DNA of 64,000 nucleotides from an uncultured virus (IMG/VR IMGVR_UViG_3300033067_001144) (taxonomy: Duplodnaviria; Heunggongvirae; Uroviricota; Caudoviricetes). A model generated the notes under the pieces. That model was not told the origin of the DNA and did not search any database. It was given only the letters and a program-made list of their open reading frames with translations. Location of the stretch: the IMG/VR virus record IMGVR_UViG_3300033067_001144; one strand, 5' to 3'. Shown here piece by piece: positions 54,294 through 63,425 of this stretch (position 1 is its first letter; each line of letters starts with the position of its first letter). The translations under genes were made by a program, and so were the position numbers.

Positions 54294-55661
54294 ATGGCTA
54301 AAGATTTCTGGAAGGCTGAGTACGAGCGCATCCGTTTCACCAAGCAGTGGTCAGGGCCCGCTGTTTTCCGCTCTCATGTCGAGCGACTCATCGGGGTACG
54401 GCCCGACGGAGCGGCCCTCAAGTTCTGCTTCAAGGATTCAACCGTCGTGACGGACAGCTTCCACTGGGAGGGGGCTCAGGCGAAGAAGCCGTCCCCCGAG
54501 GCCTGCGCTTCGAAAGCGCAAGAAGAGACGACCGAAGAGAGTCCGCTCGTCGGCAACATGCTGCAGTGGGCTGAGCGACAGTACAAGCCGCTGCTGCAAG
54601 CGCGTGGGGTCGCGGGGGCCATCCTGGCTTCCATTCAGCCTCACCTGGAGGCGGTAGTTGCGGCCGAGGAGGTGGCTGCGTTCTACCATCTTGACCACAC
54701 GATGATGGCTCGTGATCCCGACCGAACCTACTCGGAAGAGTGGAGGGGTCGTCGCAAGGTTGCGTACGAGGCTCTCGTGCGTGCCGCACTGGCTCCCATC
54801 GAAGCGCTACGCGACTCTCTTCCCCCGGAAATGCTCGCGTACCCAGAACAGCCCGTGCAACAGACGTCGGATACAGCGACCCTTCCCGCTGCTCCCGTGG
54901 TTGCGAAGACGCAGACTCCATCTCCGGCGGCTGTATCAGCTCCTGTCGCACATTCTTCCACTCCTGCGGGTGGCTATGTGGCCCCGGTCAACTACCCGTT
55001 CGAGCAGAATGACTACACGCTCGCGGACCCTTGGCTGCCCTTCCTGATCGAAACGCTGCTTCAAGAAGAGGGAGCGAAGCTCCTGGTGGTTCCGACCGCG
55101 AAGATGCGCGACCTCGATCAACTCACGATCCTCCTCGCACGTATCTCGAAGCTGTATGCGATCCCGCTCAAGAACCTCGCGGTGGTTCACGCGGACTCCG
55201 CAACGACACAGCGCATCGAGGCGGTGCCGACCGTTCGTGCGGTACTGTTCATTGGTCGCTCGATCCCGACGCGAGCTCGGCAGATCGTTATTGCGTCGAC
55301 GAGAGGGATGTTCTCGGTTACGGCCAGCGAGGATGCGACCATCGGCAACGCGCTTCGCAACCTGAACCAGATGTTCGCGGAGCGTGCGCTGGGCTACAGC
55401 AGCTCGGGTTCTCTGTGGGTGCGTGCACTCCGCCTCACGTACCGGCACCGGAAGAACGCAACATCCTTCACGGAGGCCACGATCCTTAGCTTGATGGGGG
55501 AACTCGGACTCCGCACGCACACGCACAACCTGCTGCACAACGCGCGTCTTGCGAACCTGCAGATTGTGGGGGAGCACGAAGGCCTTCCGAAGGAAGAGAT
55601 CCAAGCGCGTAAGGACGCGCTCGTGACTCGCATGGGAGGCGACGCTCCCGTAGCACAGTAA
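54294..55661 (+). CDS. Hypothetical protein, pair C
   Basis: KDFWK...VERLIGVRP and RRKVAYEAL similar to 52805. Confidence 0.7.
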   Translation: MAKDFWKAEYERIRFTKQWSGPAVFRSHVERLIGVRPDGAALKFCFKDSTVVTDSFHWEGAQAKKPSPEACASKAQEETTEESPLVGNMLQWAERQYKPLLQARGVAGAILASIQPHLEAVVAAEEVAAFYHLDHTMMARDPDRTYSEEWRGRRKVAYEALVRAALAPIEALRDSLPPEMLAYPEQPVQQTSDTATLPAAPVVAKTQTPSPAAVSAPVAHSSTPAGGYVAPVNYPFEQNDYTLADPWLPFLIETLLQEEGAKLLVVPTAKMRDLDQLTILLARISKLYAIPLKNLAVVHADSATTQRIEAVPTVRAVLFIGRSIPTRARQIVIASTRGMFSVTASEDATIGNALRNLNQMFAERALGYSSSGSLWVRALRLTYRHRKNATSFTEATILSLMGELGLRTHTHNLLHNARLANLQIVGEHEGLPKEEIQARKDALVTRMGGDAPVAQ

Positions 55662-55743
55662 GACCCCTCCTCTCTGGTTCTTTGTTTCGATTGGGACCTC
55701 CCGCGGCCCGAACTTTCTCGGGCCGCGCACCCAGGAGTGGACC

Positions 55744-56295
55744 ATGACGACATTCATCGACCACATCACGACGGGCCCCTACATCGCTCCCATCTCCCTC
55801 GAAGCCCTGAACGAGGGAGCAGAGAAGATGCAGCGACGCGTGCGTGACGTAGAGCAAAAAGGATACGCACTCATTGCGTCGACTGCGACGAGCATCATGG
55901 GCGGGCTCGTACTGCACACCCTCGTGTTCACCCGCATCGAGCGGGCCCCTGAGCCGAAGCCCGCAGAAGCTCCTCCCGTCATCGAGCTCTCTGTGGCTTC
56001 CTCCGAAGAGCAGAAGCTCATTGAGGCGGAACTCGCGCTTTACCTCGAAGATGGCTCTCTGTTCGAGCTGGGAGACTTCCTCCGCACGATCGCGACGAAG
56101 CATCCCGTGCTGCAGTCCCGTAGCACGCAGTGGGCGGAAGATCAGTTCAACTTGCTGTGGCTGAACGGAAAGATGGCCGGATGGGCCCGTAGCGAGTTTC
56201 GCTCTGCGAGCGGGGAAGTAGTCTCGGTGTTCTGCAAGATTCGTGGGGCCAGTGAGCTGGGTCGCTACCTCGCGACCCACGCTGTGAAGAAGTAG
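55744..56295 (+). CDS. Hypothetical protein
   Basis: AGGAG..GACCATG start. Confidence 0.7.
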   Translation: MTTFIDHITTGPYIAPISLEALNEGAEKMQRRVRDVEQKGYALIASTATSIMGGLVLHTLVFTRIERAPEPKPAEAPPVIELSVASSEEQKLIEAELALYLEDGSLFELGDFLRTIATKHPVLQSRSTQWAEDQFNLLWLNGKMAGWARSEFRSASGEVVSVFCKIRGASELGRYLATHAVKK

Positions 56296-56354
56296 ACGAT
56301 TCGCTTTGTCTGTGTCTCGATTGTGTCCGCCCGAACCCCGAGAGGAACCCGACC

Positions 56355-56717
56355 ATGACCGTGACCCGTTCTCTACAGCCCACGATCTCTGTCCGTGTCC
56401 CGCACGGAGAATACGATCGCACCACGACCATCATGCGCGTGACGCAGGATCAAGCCGCCACGAAGTGCATCAGCAATCGCTCGTTGCTGCTCGTGTACGA
56501 AGATCAGCACCCGCGACCGAGCATGATGATCGATTGCTTCTCGTTTCCGAACGAGGCGGAACTCAACGCATACCTGACGAGCTTTCTCATAGGACGATGC
56601 ACGACCGTCGCACAGGACCTGGAGCTGTCTGCGAAGATGCTCAAGGCACTCCGAGAAGCCATCCTCGCGCACAAGGATTTCTTGCTCTCCTCCAACGCGA
56701 ACCCCGAAAGGACTTGA
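56355..56717 (+). CDS. Hypothetical protein
   Basis: GAGGA..GACCATG start. Confidence 0.7.
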   Translation: MTVTRSLQPTISVRVPHGEYDRTTTIMRVTQDQAATKCISNRSLLLVYEDQHPRPSMMIDCFSFPNEAELNAYLTSFLIGRCTTVAQDLELSAKMLKALREAILAHKDFLLSSNANPERT

Positions 56718-56720
56718 CCC

Positions 56721-57548
56721 ATGACCCACGATCCCGAACTCCACAAGCGCCTCCTCCGCATCATGACGGCCAACACGTTCGCGGAACGGTACGGTTTCAC
56801 TCAAGAAGACGGCTGGATTTTGCTCGACATGCATCTGAATGTTGCGCTAAAGACTGCCAACGAGATGTTGCGACGGGCCACGCGTGCAGAGGATAAGGCC
56901 GCGTCCCTCGAAGAGAAGACCGACATCGAGCAGGCCGCGCTGTGGTCGATCCTCGCGACCACGCAGCACGTCTCCGTGGTCAGTAAGCTTCCTCTCACGG
57001 AGAACGATATCGAGACGTTCCGGCAGTGCATGACAGTCACGGAAAAGTCTCTCGGGCTTTCCTCTCCTGAGCAAGACAGCATCCCGTCCCTGTTGCGCGA
57101 GGCTGTAGATCCCTTGAGTTCCTACCTGGGCTTTCCCACGGACACCCTCGTGGTTGCGCTCCAAGCCCCTTGGCTCGAAAGCCCGCATCGGCTTGACGCC
57201 CTGATCGACTCGATCAACTCCCGTTACAAGGCTCTCGACACGAGGAACTTCTCGTGGAGCGCTCCATGCCACGAGCGTCGGGTGCTTCTCGAAGGGTTGG
57301 GGAAGCTTGCATTGGTTGCCACAACTCTTCACGACTCGGGCTCTCCCGAAGTACGAGAGCAGCGTAGGGAACAGTACCTGCGCGATTTGGAACGTGACGT
57401 TCCTTTCCTCGTCTCTCAGCTTCGAGAGGTTCGTAGTCGGACTCCCCCGGCCCAGCCTACCAGCGCAGCGGAAGTCCCCGCTCCGCGTGTGGACAAGTTC
57501 TCGTGGGGCGAAGGTTCCCACACGAGCTACTTGAAGAAGACGGCCTGA
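56721..57548 (+). CDS. Hypothetical protein
   Basis: AAAGGA RBS. Confidence 0.7.
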   Translation: MTHDPELHKRLLRIMTANTFAERYGFTQEDGWILLDMHLNVALKTANEMLRRATRAEDKAASLEEKTDIEQAALWSILATTQHVSVVSKLPLTENDIETFRQCMTVTEKSLGLSSPEQDSIPSLLREAVDPLSSYLGFPTDTLVVALQAPWLESPHRLDALIDSINSRYKALDTRNFSWSAPCHERRVLLEGLGKLALVATTLHDSGSPEVREQRREQYLRDLERDVPFLVSQLREVRSRTPPAQPTSAAEVPAPRVDKFSWGEGSHTSYLKKTA

Positions 57549-57551
57549 CCT

Positions 57552-57602
57552 ACGAAGGCTCCCCTGTACCTCTGTAAAAGGAGGGTGCGGGGGAGCCTTC
57601 GT
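57552..57602 (+). promoter_or_regulatory. Long hairpin with the GTAAAAG motif in its loop (terminator or regulatory structure)
   Basis: ACGAAGGCTCCCC...GGGGAGCCTTCGT perfect 13-bp outer stem. Confidence 0.65.
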
Positions 57603-57609
57603 CATTTCC

Positions 57610-58248
57610 ATGACCCAGACCCCCGAAAGATGCCTTGCCATGCACAACTTCACGACGAAATCCGAAGTGCGCGTCCATTCATACGCGCACGACTTGAACG
57701 TTGAAGTAACGGCTACCTCCAAACCGTCCGGTACCATGCACTACGAGTGGGTCGTCCGTGACGCTCAGGGCGTGATTACACATGGCCCGTTCCCTTTCGA
57801 CGCTGAGGACAACGTGCTCCCCGCGCGTCATGCCACCATGATGAAGTCGGTCTACAACGTCATCGACGCGTACGTCGGTAGTATCCTTCGAGCCCGCGTC
57901 GAAGCTCCCGACGGAGGGTGGCTGCCCACCAACAACGCGTCGTCCTGGCGGAAGACGTTCCAGGCTCCCATGGAGCTGACGGCCATTGTACAGGCCCCAC
58001 GACGCGCAGACGACCCCGCGCAGCTCGTAGTAATCAGCCCTGAGGAAGAGGAAATCCTCAGCACGTCGCTGGCTTCAACCTCTTCTGCGATGCGGCTTGC
58101 GAACCGCGTCGTTCCTGTCGTCGCAGAGGAGCTGTTGATCGCACGAACGCGCATCGCAACCAAAGTTCTCGACATGGGCCTTCCTCCGGCCGCGCTGCTG
58201 TTTGGAAGCGGGATTCAGACGTGGGCCAAGCACGACCCCACACGGTAG
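57610..58248 (+). CDS. Hypothetical protein
   Basis: ORF; start may be 57640. Confidence 0.65.
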   Translation: MTQTPERCLAMHNFTTKSEVRVHSYAHDLNVEVTATSKPSGTMHYEWVVRDAQGVITHGPFPFDAEDNVLPARHATMMKSVYNVIDAYVGSILRARVEAPDGGWLPTNNASSWRKTFQAPMELTAIVQAPRRADDPAQLVVISPEEEEILSTSLASTSSAMRLANRVVPVVAEELLIARTRIATKVLDMGLPPAALLFGSGIQTWAKHDPTR

Positions 58249-58739
58249 TGCTTCGTGTTCTCGTCGTGACCGCTTCTCGTCGCTTGCTCGACACCCCCAA
58301 AGCCCGCGCGTGGTTCGAGCGTCGGTTGCGCAGGGCCCTTCGTCGCTACGATGTGCTTGTGACCGGAGACGCGAGCAGCGACAAAGTAGCCATCACGATT
58401 GCCGAACGGTTGAAGCTTCCTTGGTACAGCTTTGCTTTAGACGGCTGCATCTACAGCAACGGCCTCCTTCCCGATTCCATCCTTCAGCTCCCTGATCGCT
58501 GGACCACCGCTACGCCTCGGACAGACCATGGCTGGCCTCTCGTCCGAAATAAGGCCATGGTGGAAGCCATGCGGGACCTTTTGGTTGCTTCCTTGTTCCC
58601 TGCTCGGGGACTTGACCTCACGCTCAAGATGCTGGGCCTGCGCTGCCCTTGGGCTACGCGGCACGGCACCGAGCACACATTGGGCCTGTGCGACTTCGCG
58701 AAACGCGTTCGTACCTGCCCTGCCCGCTACTCACCCTGA
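58248..58739 (+). CDS. SLOG-superfamily (YspA-like) protein
   Basis: VLVVTASR...VLVTGDA..D..A...WPLVRNKAMV...GTEHT. Confidence 0.65.
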   Translation: MLRVLVVTASRRLLDTPKARAWFERRLRRALRRYDVLVTGDASSDKVAITIAERLKLPWYSFALDGCIYSNGLLPDSILQLPDRWTTATPRTDHGWPLVRNKAMVEAMRDLLVASLFPARGLDLTLKMLGLRCPWATRHGTEHTLGLCDFAKRVRTCPARYSP

Positions 58740-58753
58740 AAGGAATGGCTACC

Positions 58754-59008
58754 ATGAGCGACGCAGACAACGACTTGCCAGAAGAACAGCTTAAGTGCGA
58801 CCACGGTGTGACCTTCGATCTCGAAGAGGCCAAGAAGATTCTGGCAGACGCGGAGACCAAAGGTCCGTACAGCTTCGTGGCGGGATCTCCCGGTCACGGC
58901 ACGATCCGCAAGCGCTTTCCTCGACTCTGCGGCCCCTGCCCGAAGGGCTGCGGTTTCAACGGCATCGCGTACGCCTCCTTCGAGCACTACACGTATGGAG
59001 ACTGGTGA
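58754..59008 (+). CDS. Small Cys-containing hypothetical protein
   Basis: CDHG...CPKGCG; AAGGA RBS. Confidence 0.65.
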   Translation: MSDADNDLPEEQLKCDHGVTFDLEEAKKILADAETKGPYSFVAGSPGHGTIRKRFPRLCGPCPKGCGFNGIAYASFEHYTYGDW

Positions 59009-59370
59009 TGAGACGCTTCGAAGAGCTCTCGAACGAGAGTCTGATTGCAGAATCCAGAAGGTGGGGTGGGGAGATCGTGGAGGAGCTTTCCCTGCGGCTA
59101 GAAGCGGCCACTCGTCCGTGGAGGTTCCATCAGCGAGATATCCCGAAAGGAACGCTCGGAGAACTCTCCAAGGTTCGTGAGGAGCTTGAAGAGGCCGAGG
59201 ATGCGTTGGAGCAAGGCCAAGAGCTCATGTTCGCGCTGGAGTGTGCCGACATGATCGGGGCAATTGAAATTGCCGCGCAGAAACGTGGGTTCACACTCGC
59301 TCAGCTTCTAGCCTACAAGACACTACGATCCCGAATTGCCACGGAGGCAGTCCATGACCACGAAAAGTAA
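59008..59370 (+). CDS. MazG/HisE-like all-alpha NTP pyrophosphatase
   Basis: KVREELEE...ECADMIGAI (EExxE...ExxD). Confidence 0.6.
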   Translation: MRRFEELSNESLIAESRRWGGEIVEELSLRLEAATRPWRFHQRDIPKGTLGELSKVREELEEAEDALEQGQELMFALECADMIGAIEIAAQKRGFTLAQLLAYKTLRSRIATEAVHDHEK

Positions 59371-60091
59371 ATCAGCTCTGCAGGACCACGAGCAGAGTGT
59401 CGTGAACGGAGTTAGGTCGAGGTCTGACGCCATTGTCGACAGCATGGCTGCAATGGTTCACCATGAGGCTAAGACCATTCTGCGGGACGCTGGCTTCTCG
59501 GAGCTTCCGTACCTTCCAACCTTGATCCGCTCCGAAGTGATGGAGCGGCAAGGAACCGTGCCTGAAGATCGCGTCTTTCGCGTGAGCCCTACGCACGTTC
59601 TGACAGGTTCGGCTGAGCAGTCATATCTCGATATGATCATGGGGCTGGACGTTACTCCGTGGGGCCCAAGCGACGGGCCCGAGGTCTATCGGCACTTCGC
59701 GACAACGCAATGTTACCGTCGAGAGCCTTGCCCTCAAGGCCTGCACACGCTCTACGAGTTCACGAAGACCGAGCAAATTGGACTGGCAGAGCGGCCAGCC
59801 GACGCGATGGACCTCCTCGACCAGATGATCTTTAACAGTGAGAAGCTGTGCCGAGAATACAAGATCAAGACACGGCTCGTCGACAACAGCCGCGGAATGC
59901 CATCGTACGCAACACGCTCCTGCGACCTTGAGGCGGAGACTCAAGCCTACGGCTGGATGGAGATCGGCACCTACACGAACTTCGGCACGGGCCAGAGCCA
60001 GCGGTTTGGCTGGACCGGAATGCCTTACTCCGTGTTTGGTACGATGGTAGCGACACCTCGCTTCCTGATCCCTCTCCTCGAACGCATGTAA
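59354..60091 (+). CDS. Seryl-tRNA-synthetase-like catalytic core lacking the N-terminal coiled-coil arm
   Basis: LTGSAEQ, motif 2 CYRRE...EFTKTEQ, DLEA...WMEIGTYTNF...QSQR, motif 3 GTMVATPRFLIPLLE. Confidence 0.8.
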   Translation: MTTKSKSALQDHEQSVVNGVRSRSDAIVDSMAAMVHHEAKTILRDAGFSELPYLPTLIRSEVMERQGTVPEDRVFRVSPTHVLTGSAEQSYLDMIMGLDVTPWGPSDGPEVYRHFATTQCYRREPCPQGLHTLYEFTKTEQIGLAERPADAMDLLDQMIFNSEKLCREYKIKTRLVDNSRGMPSYATRSCDLEAETQAYGWMEIGTYTNFGTGQSQRFGWTGMPYSVFGTMVATPRFLIPLLERM

Positions 60092-60106
60092 CCGAAAGAC
60101 ACGACC

Positions 60107-60400
60107 ATGAGCATTCTCGGACCCATCCTCGACTGGATCGACTCGCTCTCTTCCAAGCGGACGTTTGAGGTGACGATGCCGGAGAGCGTCTACGCTCGCC
60201 TGGAGCACATTCGCGCACTTACACACTCCCACTCCGTTACTAGCGTGGTGCGCAAAGCCCTGACACTGTACGACACGCTCGTTCCGTTCGCGAAAGACCC
60301 CGCGTTCACGATCACCATTCGTCACAAGGACGGTTTGGAGCGAGAGCTCCGACTCGATGACGAGGCCTTCTTCGTTATCATCGTCAAGAACGCAAACTGA
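60107..60400 (+). CDS. Ribbon-helix-helix-like DNA-binding protein
   Basis: RTFEVTMPESVYARLE...SVTSVVRKALTLY. Confidence 0.65.
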   Translation: MSILGPILDWIDSLSSKRTFEVTMPESVYARLEHIRALTHSHSVTSVVRKALTLYDTLVPFAKDPAFTITIRHKDGLERELRLDDEAFFVIIVKNAN

Positions 60401-60411
60401 AAGGTACAGCC

Positions 60412-61881
60412 ATGAAGACCTTTGCTATCCGCCTTGGGTTCGCGTGCAACAGCTCCAGCACGCACAGCATCCTCCTGCTCAACGACGCGAGTGGCCTGGA
60501 GACCATCCCTAGTTACGGCTTTGGGGACTACGGCTGGGACTGCTTTCAGCTCGTCACACGACAAGACAAGTCGGACTACCTCGCGGCTCAGATGCTGAGC
60601 ACGCTGCAGACGTTCAAACAGGCTGGTCAGTTCCCGATGATGGTCCAAGAGCTGTTGCCAGAGGCAACCTCCATTCCTATGAAGGAGGATGGGTCCTACG
60701 AGTACGGCTACGGCGTCGACCACCAGTCGGTGCGATCGTTCCCCGTCTCGTGGGACGAGACGATGTTGCACTTGGACTGGTTTCGAAGCTTCCGGGACTT
60801 CGTACTCGGACCGAACGTCGTTATCACGGGAGGCAACGACAACGGAGATGAGAAGGAGTCGATTCCTGCCGAGAATCGACCCAAGCGGAACATCGCTCCG
60901 TATTCACCGCTGGACGATCGGAACAGCCATGGCGTAGCTCGCTACGACGCACCCTCCGACAGTTGGGTGCTGTTCAATCGATCAACTGGCTTTCGTGTTC
61001 GTATGACCTTCAACGACACGCTGCCCGAGATCGTCTACTCGGAGACCCCTGAGCTAGTGGATGTGAAGATCACGGACAAGTGCGACACGGGTTGCACGTA
61101 CTGCTACATGGGAAGCACTCCGAGTGGGGCTCACGCGTCCAACGCGGCCCTCGACAAGCTGGCCAAGGAGCTGGCTGAGATGCGAGTGTTGGAGGTTGCT
61201 ATTGGTGGCGGAGAAGCAACTCTGCACCCGTACCTTTCGGTGTTCGCGCAGTCCCTCCGCTCGAACCATGTCGTGCCAAACATCACGACGCGCAACGTCG
61301 ACTTCGTGCTGGGCCTCGTCAAAGATCGTGGTCCGTGGGGTGCCGTCGCGTTCTCAGTCGACACCGCGGAGCAGGTTACGGCCCTTGCGGAACTTGTGGA
61401 AGCGACCCGTAAGAGCAGCGGGACGGATCGCTACGCTCCGAGCATCTCGATCTCGATCCAATACGTCGTCGGTCTGACGACGAACGAGGCCATCCTTCGA
61501 GGAATCTTCAAGGCGTGCAGGGACGCTCGCTTCCGCATCACACTCTTGGGCTACAAAACCACGGGCCGTGGGTTGCTCTTCAAGCAGAAAGCAGCGCTTG
61601 ACTGGTTCCACGTTGCTAAGAAAGAGAACATGACGCATCTCCTCGGCATCGACACGACCCTGGCTCGCGTCCACGTCGAGGGCCTCGTGCAGAAGGGGGT
61701 CGACCCTCGCACCATCACGCAGCACGAAGGGCAGTTTTCGTGCTACGTCGACGCGGTAGCGGGCCGCATGCGCATGAGCTCCTACGACAATCAAGAGGGC
61801 ATCGACATCACGAAGCGCTCCCTCCACGACGCCTGGGACATGCTCCACGGAAAAGACCCGTCTGCAGGGGATGCCTCGTGA
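60412..61881 (+). CDS. Radical SAM enzyme with an N-terminal NSSSTHS-motif domain
   Basis: CDTGCTYC, EVAIGGGEATLHP, PNITT, FSCYVDAV. Confidence 0.85.
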   Translation: MKTFAIRLGFACNSSSTHSILLLNDASGLETIPSYGFGDYGWDCFQLVTRQDKSDYLAAQMLSTLQTFKQAGQFPMMVQELLPEATSIPMKEDGSYEYGYGVDHQSVRSFPVSWDETMLHLDWFRSFRDFVLGPNVVITGGNDNGDEKESIPAENRPKRNIAPYSPLDDRNSHGVARYDAPSDSWVLFNRSTGFRVRMTFNDTLPEIVYSETPELVDVKITDKCDTGCTYCYMGSTPSGAHASNAALDKLAKELAEMRVLEVAIGGGEATLHPYLSVFAQSLRSNHVVPNITTRNVDFVLGLVKDRGPWGAVAFSVDTAEQVTALAELVEATRKSSGTDRYAPSISISIQYVVGLTTNEAILRGIFKACRDARFRITLLGYKTTGRGLLFKQKAALDWFHVAKKENMTHLLGIDTTLARVHVEGLVQKGVDPRTITQHEGQFSCYVDAVAGRMRMSSYDNQEGIDITKRSLHDAWDMLHGKDPSAGDAS

Positions 61882-62789
61882 CGCTGGACGAAGAAATCGC
61901 GTTCGTTCGCGAAGCGGATCGCATCCTTTCCCGTTGGTCCGCTCTCGACGGGTTGAACAAGTACGATAAGCCCTATCGAGGAGACGAGCAGCACGAGATT
62001 CTCGTTCACGATCATCGCGAGCATTGGTGGGCCTTCGTACCCCATGAGTACGACAGCCAACTCCTCCTCTTTCGCTCGAAGGAAGAAGCGGAGCGAGGGT
62101 TCCTCTCGGAACGAGCCTTTGGGCCCTGCGCCAATGGCTTCGCTCAGGCTCTTAAGGTCTACGAAGAGCCCGAGTTTCGGTCTGACGAGGATGGCATCCT
62201 TAAGCTGTCGAGTCGTAATAGGAGTACACATTACATCGTCCTTCGACGGGACCATTGGGTTCCCTGGCACGTGTCGACCGAGGCACTAGGCATCGACGAC
62301 ACGTTTCACAGACGGTCCTTTCTGGACCTGACGGAAGCGCGTTCCCTCTTGGCTGGACTGATCGCACAGCACGGGGCTGATCGTGTGCGGCAAGCTATGT
62401 TCGCGCACTTCTACAGTAAGGGTCGCGACGAGGAACCTATGTTCCTGGAGGAGTTCGATACGGATGACCTATTGGTGTCGTACGACGCCTACAAGCTCGT
62501 CGCTCAGCTCGCGACGCATCCTCGCATGCAGGTTGAATGGGCCGCGCTTCAGGAGGAGAAGGGCAACGACATCCCTACGGAGCTTCGCGTGCTGCTCGAC
62601 AAGGCTTCGTACTACGCAGATCTCATCGGTCGTCCGCTGGATTTGGAGATCGAAGTCTCAAAGCCCTCGGACGTGAAGCTTCCCGAAGTCTCTCGCTGGA
62701 TTCGACCGCTGGAAATCCCGTACGAGGATGTACGACGCGGAGACTCGTACTTAGGCGAGGATGTGCCTTCGGAGACAACCGATGAATGA
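61878..62789 (+). CDS. Hypothetical protein
   Basis: GTGA overlap with the previous gene. Confidence 0.7.
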   Translation: MTLDEEIAFVREADRILSRWSALDGLNKYDKPYRGDEQHEILVHDHREHWWAFVPHEYDSQLLLFRSKEEAERGFLSERAFGPCANGFAQALKVYEEPEFRSDEDGILKLSSRNRSTHYIVLRRDHWVPWHVSTEALGIDDTFHRRSFLDLTEARSLLAGLIAQHGADRVRQAMFAHFYSKGRDEEPMFLEEFDTDDLLVSYDAYKLVAQLATHPRMQVEWAALQEEKGNDIPTELRVLLDKASYYADLIGRPLDLEIEVSKPSDVKLPEVSRWIRPLEIPYEDVRRGDSYLGEDVPSETTDE

Positions 62790-63339
62790 CAAGCTCCCCG
62801 TGAAGCTTCGACAAGAGACGTACACGTATCTCGCGTGCCCCTACAAGGGATGCGAGGGAGAGCACAGTATTGGGCATCTCCTGAATGGACGAGCTTGTTC
62901 ATTCGGTCCGTGGTCCTGCCAGGAATGTGGACGAATGTTTGGCGGGTCTGTTACGGTCGACGGGACGATCACGGTCGAAGAGCGACCAGGGACCATGCAG
63001 GAAGGCCTCGTGTTATTGCGGCTACAGCGACCCGAAGGACCCTTGTATCTCGTCGTGCACGACCGTTATTTCCCTCCGTTGGAGGAAGGAGAGACCGAAA
63101 ACGATCGCTTCGACCGGAAACGATTCTACTATGAAGAGCACACATGCCCGACCAACTACATCCCGATCTACGACATTCTCGCTCCCGAAGACGTCGATCC
63201 GCATGGGGCCTTTGAGTTCGTAGGTCTCAGCCGCCCCTACGCTCCGGAGGAATTGGCTCGTGGCAGCGAGGAAGAGCGGTACGCGCAGATTCGGGAGCTG
63301 TTCCGCAATCTTGGCGTCCCCTATCCGGGGAACGGCTAA
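62782..63339 (+). CDS. Zinc-ribbon hypothetical protein
   Basis: CPYKGC...WSCQECG; YYEEHTCPTN. Confidence 0.7.
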   Translation: MNDKLPVKLRQETYTYLACPYKGCEGEHSIGHLLNGRACSFGPWSCQECGRMFGGSVTVDGTITVEERPGTMQEGLVLLRLQRPEGPLYLVVHDRYFPPLEEGETENDRFDRKRFYYEEHTCPTNYIPIYDILAPEDVDPHGAFEFVGLSRPYAPEELARGSEEERYAQIRELFRNLGVPYPGNG

Positions 63340-63362
63340 TCCACGCACGCAAGGTACCTTTG

Positions 63363-63394
63363 GTGGGGTGGGGTTCAGTCGAGCCCCACCCCAC
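63363..63394 (+). terminator. GC-rich hairpin, possible terminator
   Basis: GTGGGGTGGGGTTC-AGTC-GAGCCCCACCCCAC. Confidence 0.55.
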
Positions 63395-63425
63395 ACGTGT
63401 TTCCCAAACCTATGGACGAATCTGC

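Larger units (their letters stand above)
52464..56328 (+). repeat. Five dispersed copies of a ~25-bp intergenic motif, consensus CTYTGTCTGTGTYTCGATTGTGACC
   Basis: Copies at 52464, 52745, 54233, 55674 and 56304. Confidence 0.75.

Noticed and set aside
52464..56328. CRISPR or integron attC interpretation of the 25-bp motif
   Set aside because: The copies are separated by whole genes and are degenerate and non-palindromic; there is no cas or integrase gene in the window
44401..60110. Recurrent CCCGAAAGGA...GACCATG before starts
   Set aside because: Adequately explained as the preferred Shine-Dalgarno and start context rather than a separate element
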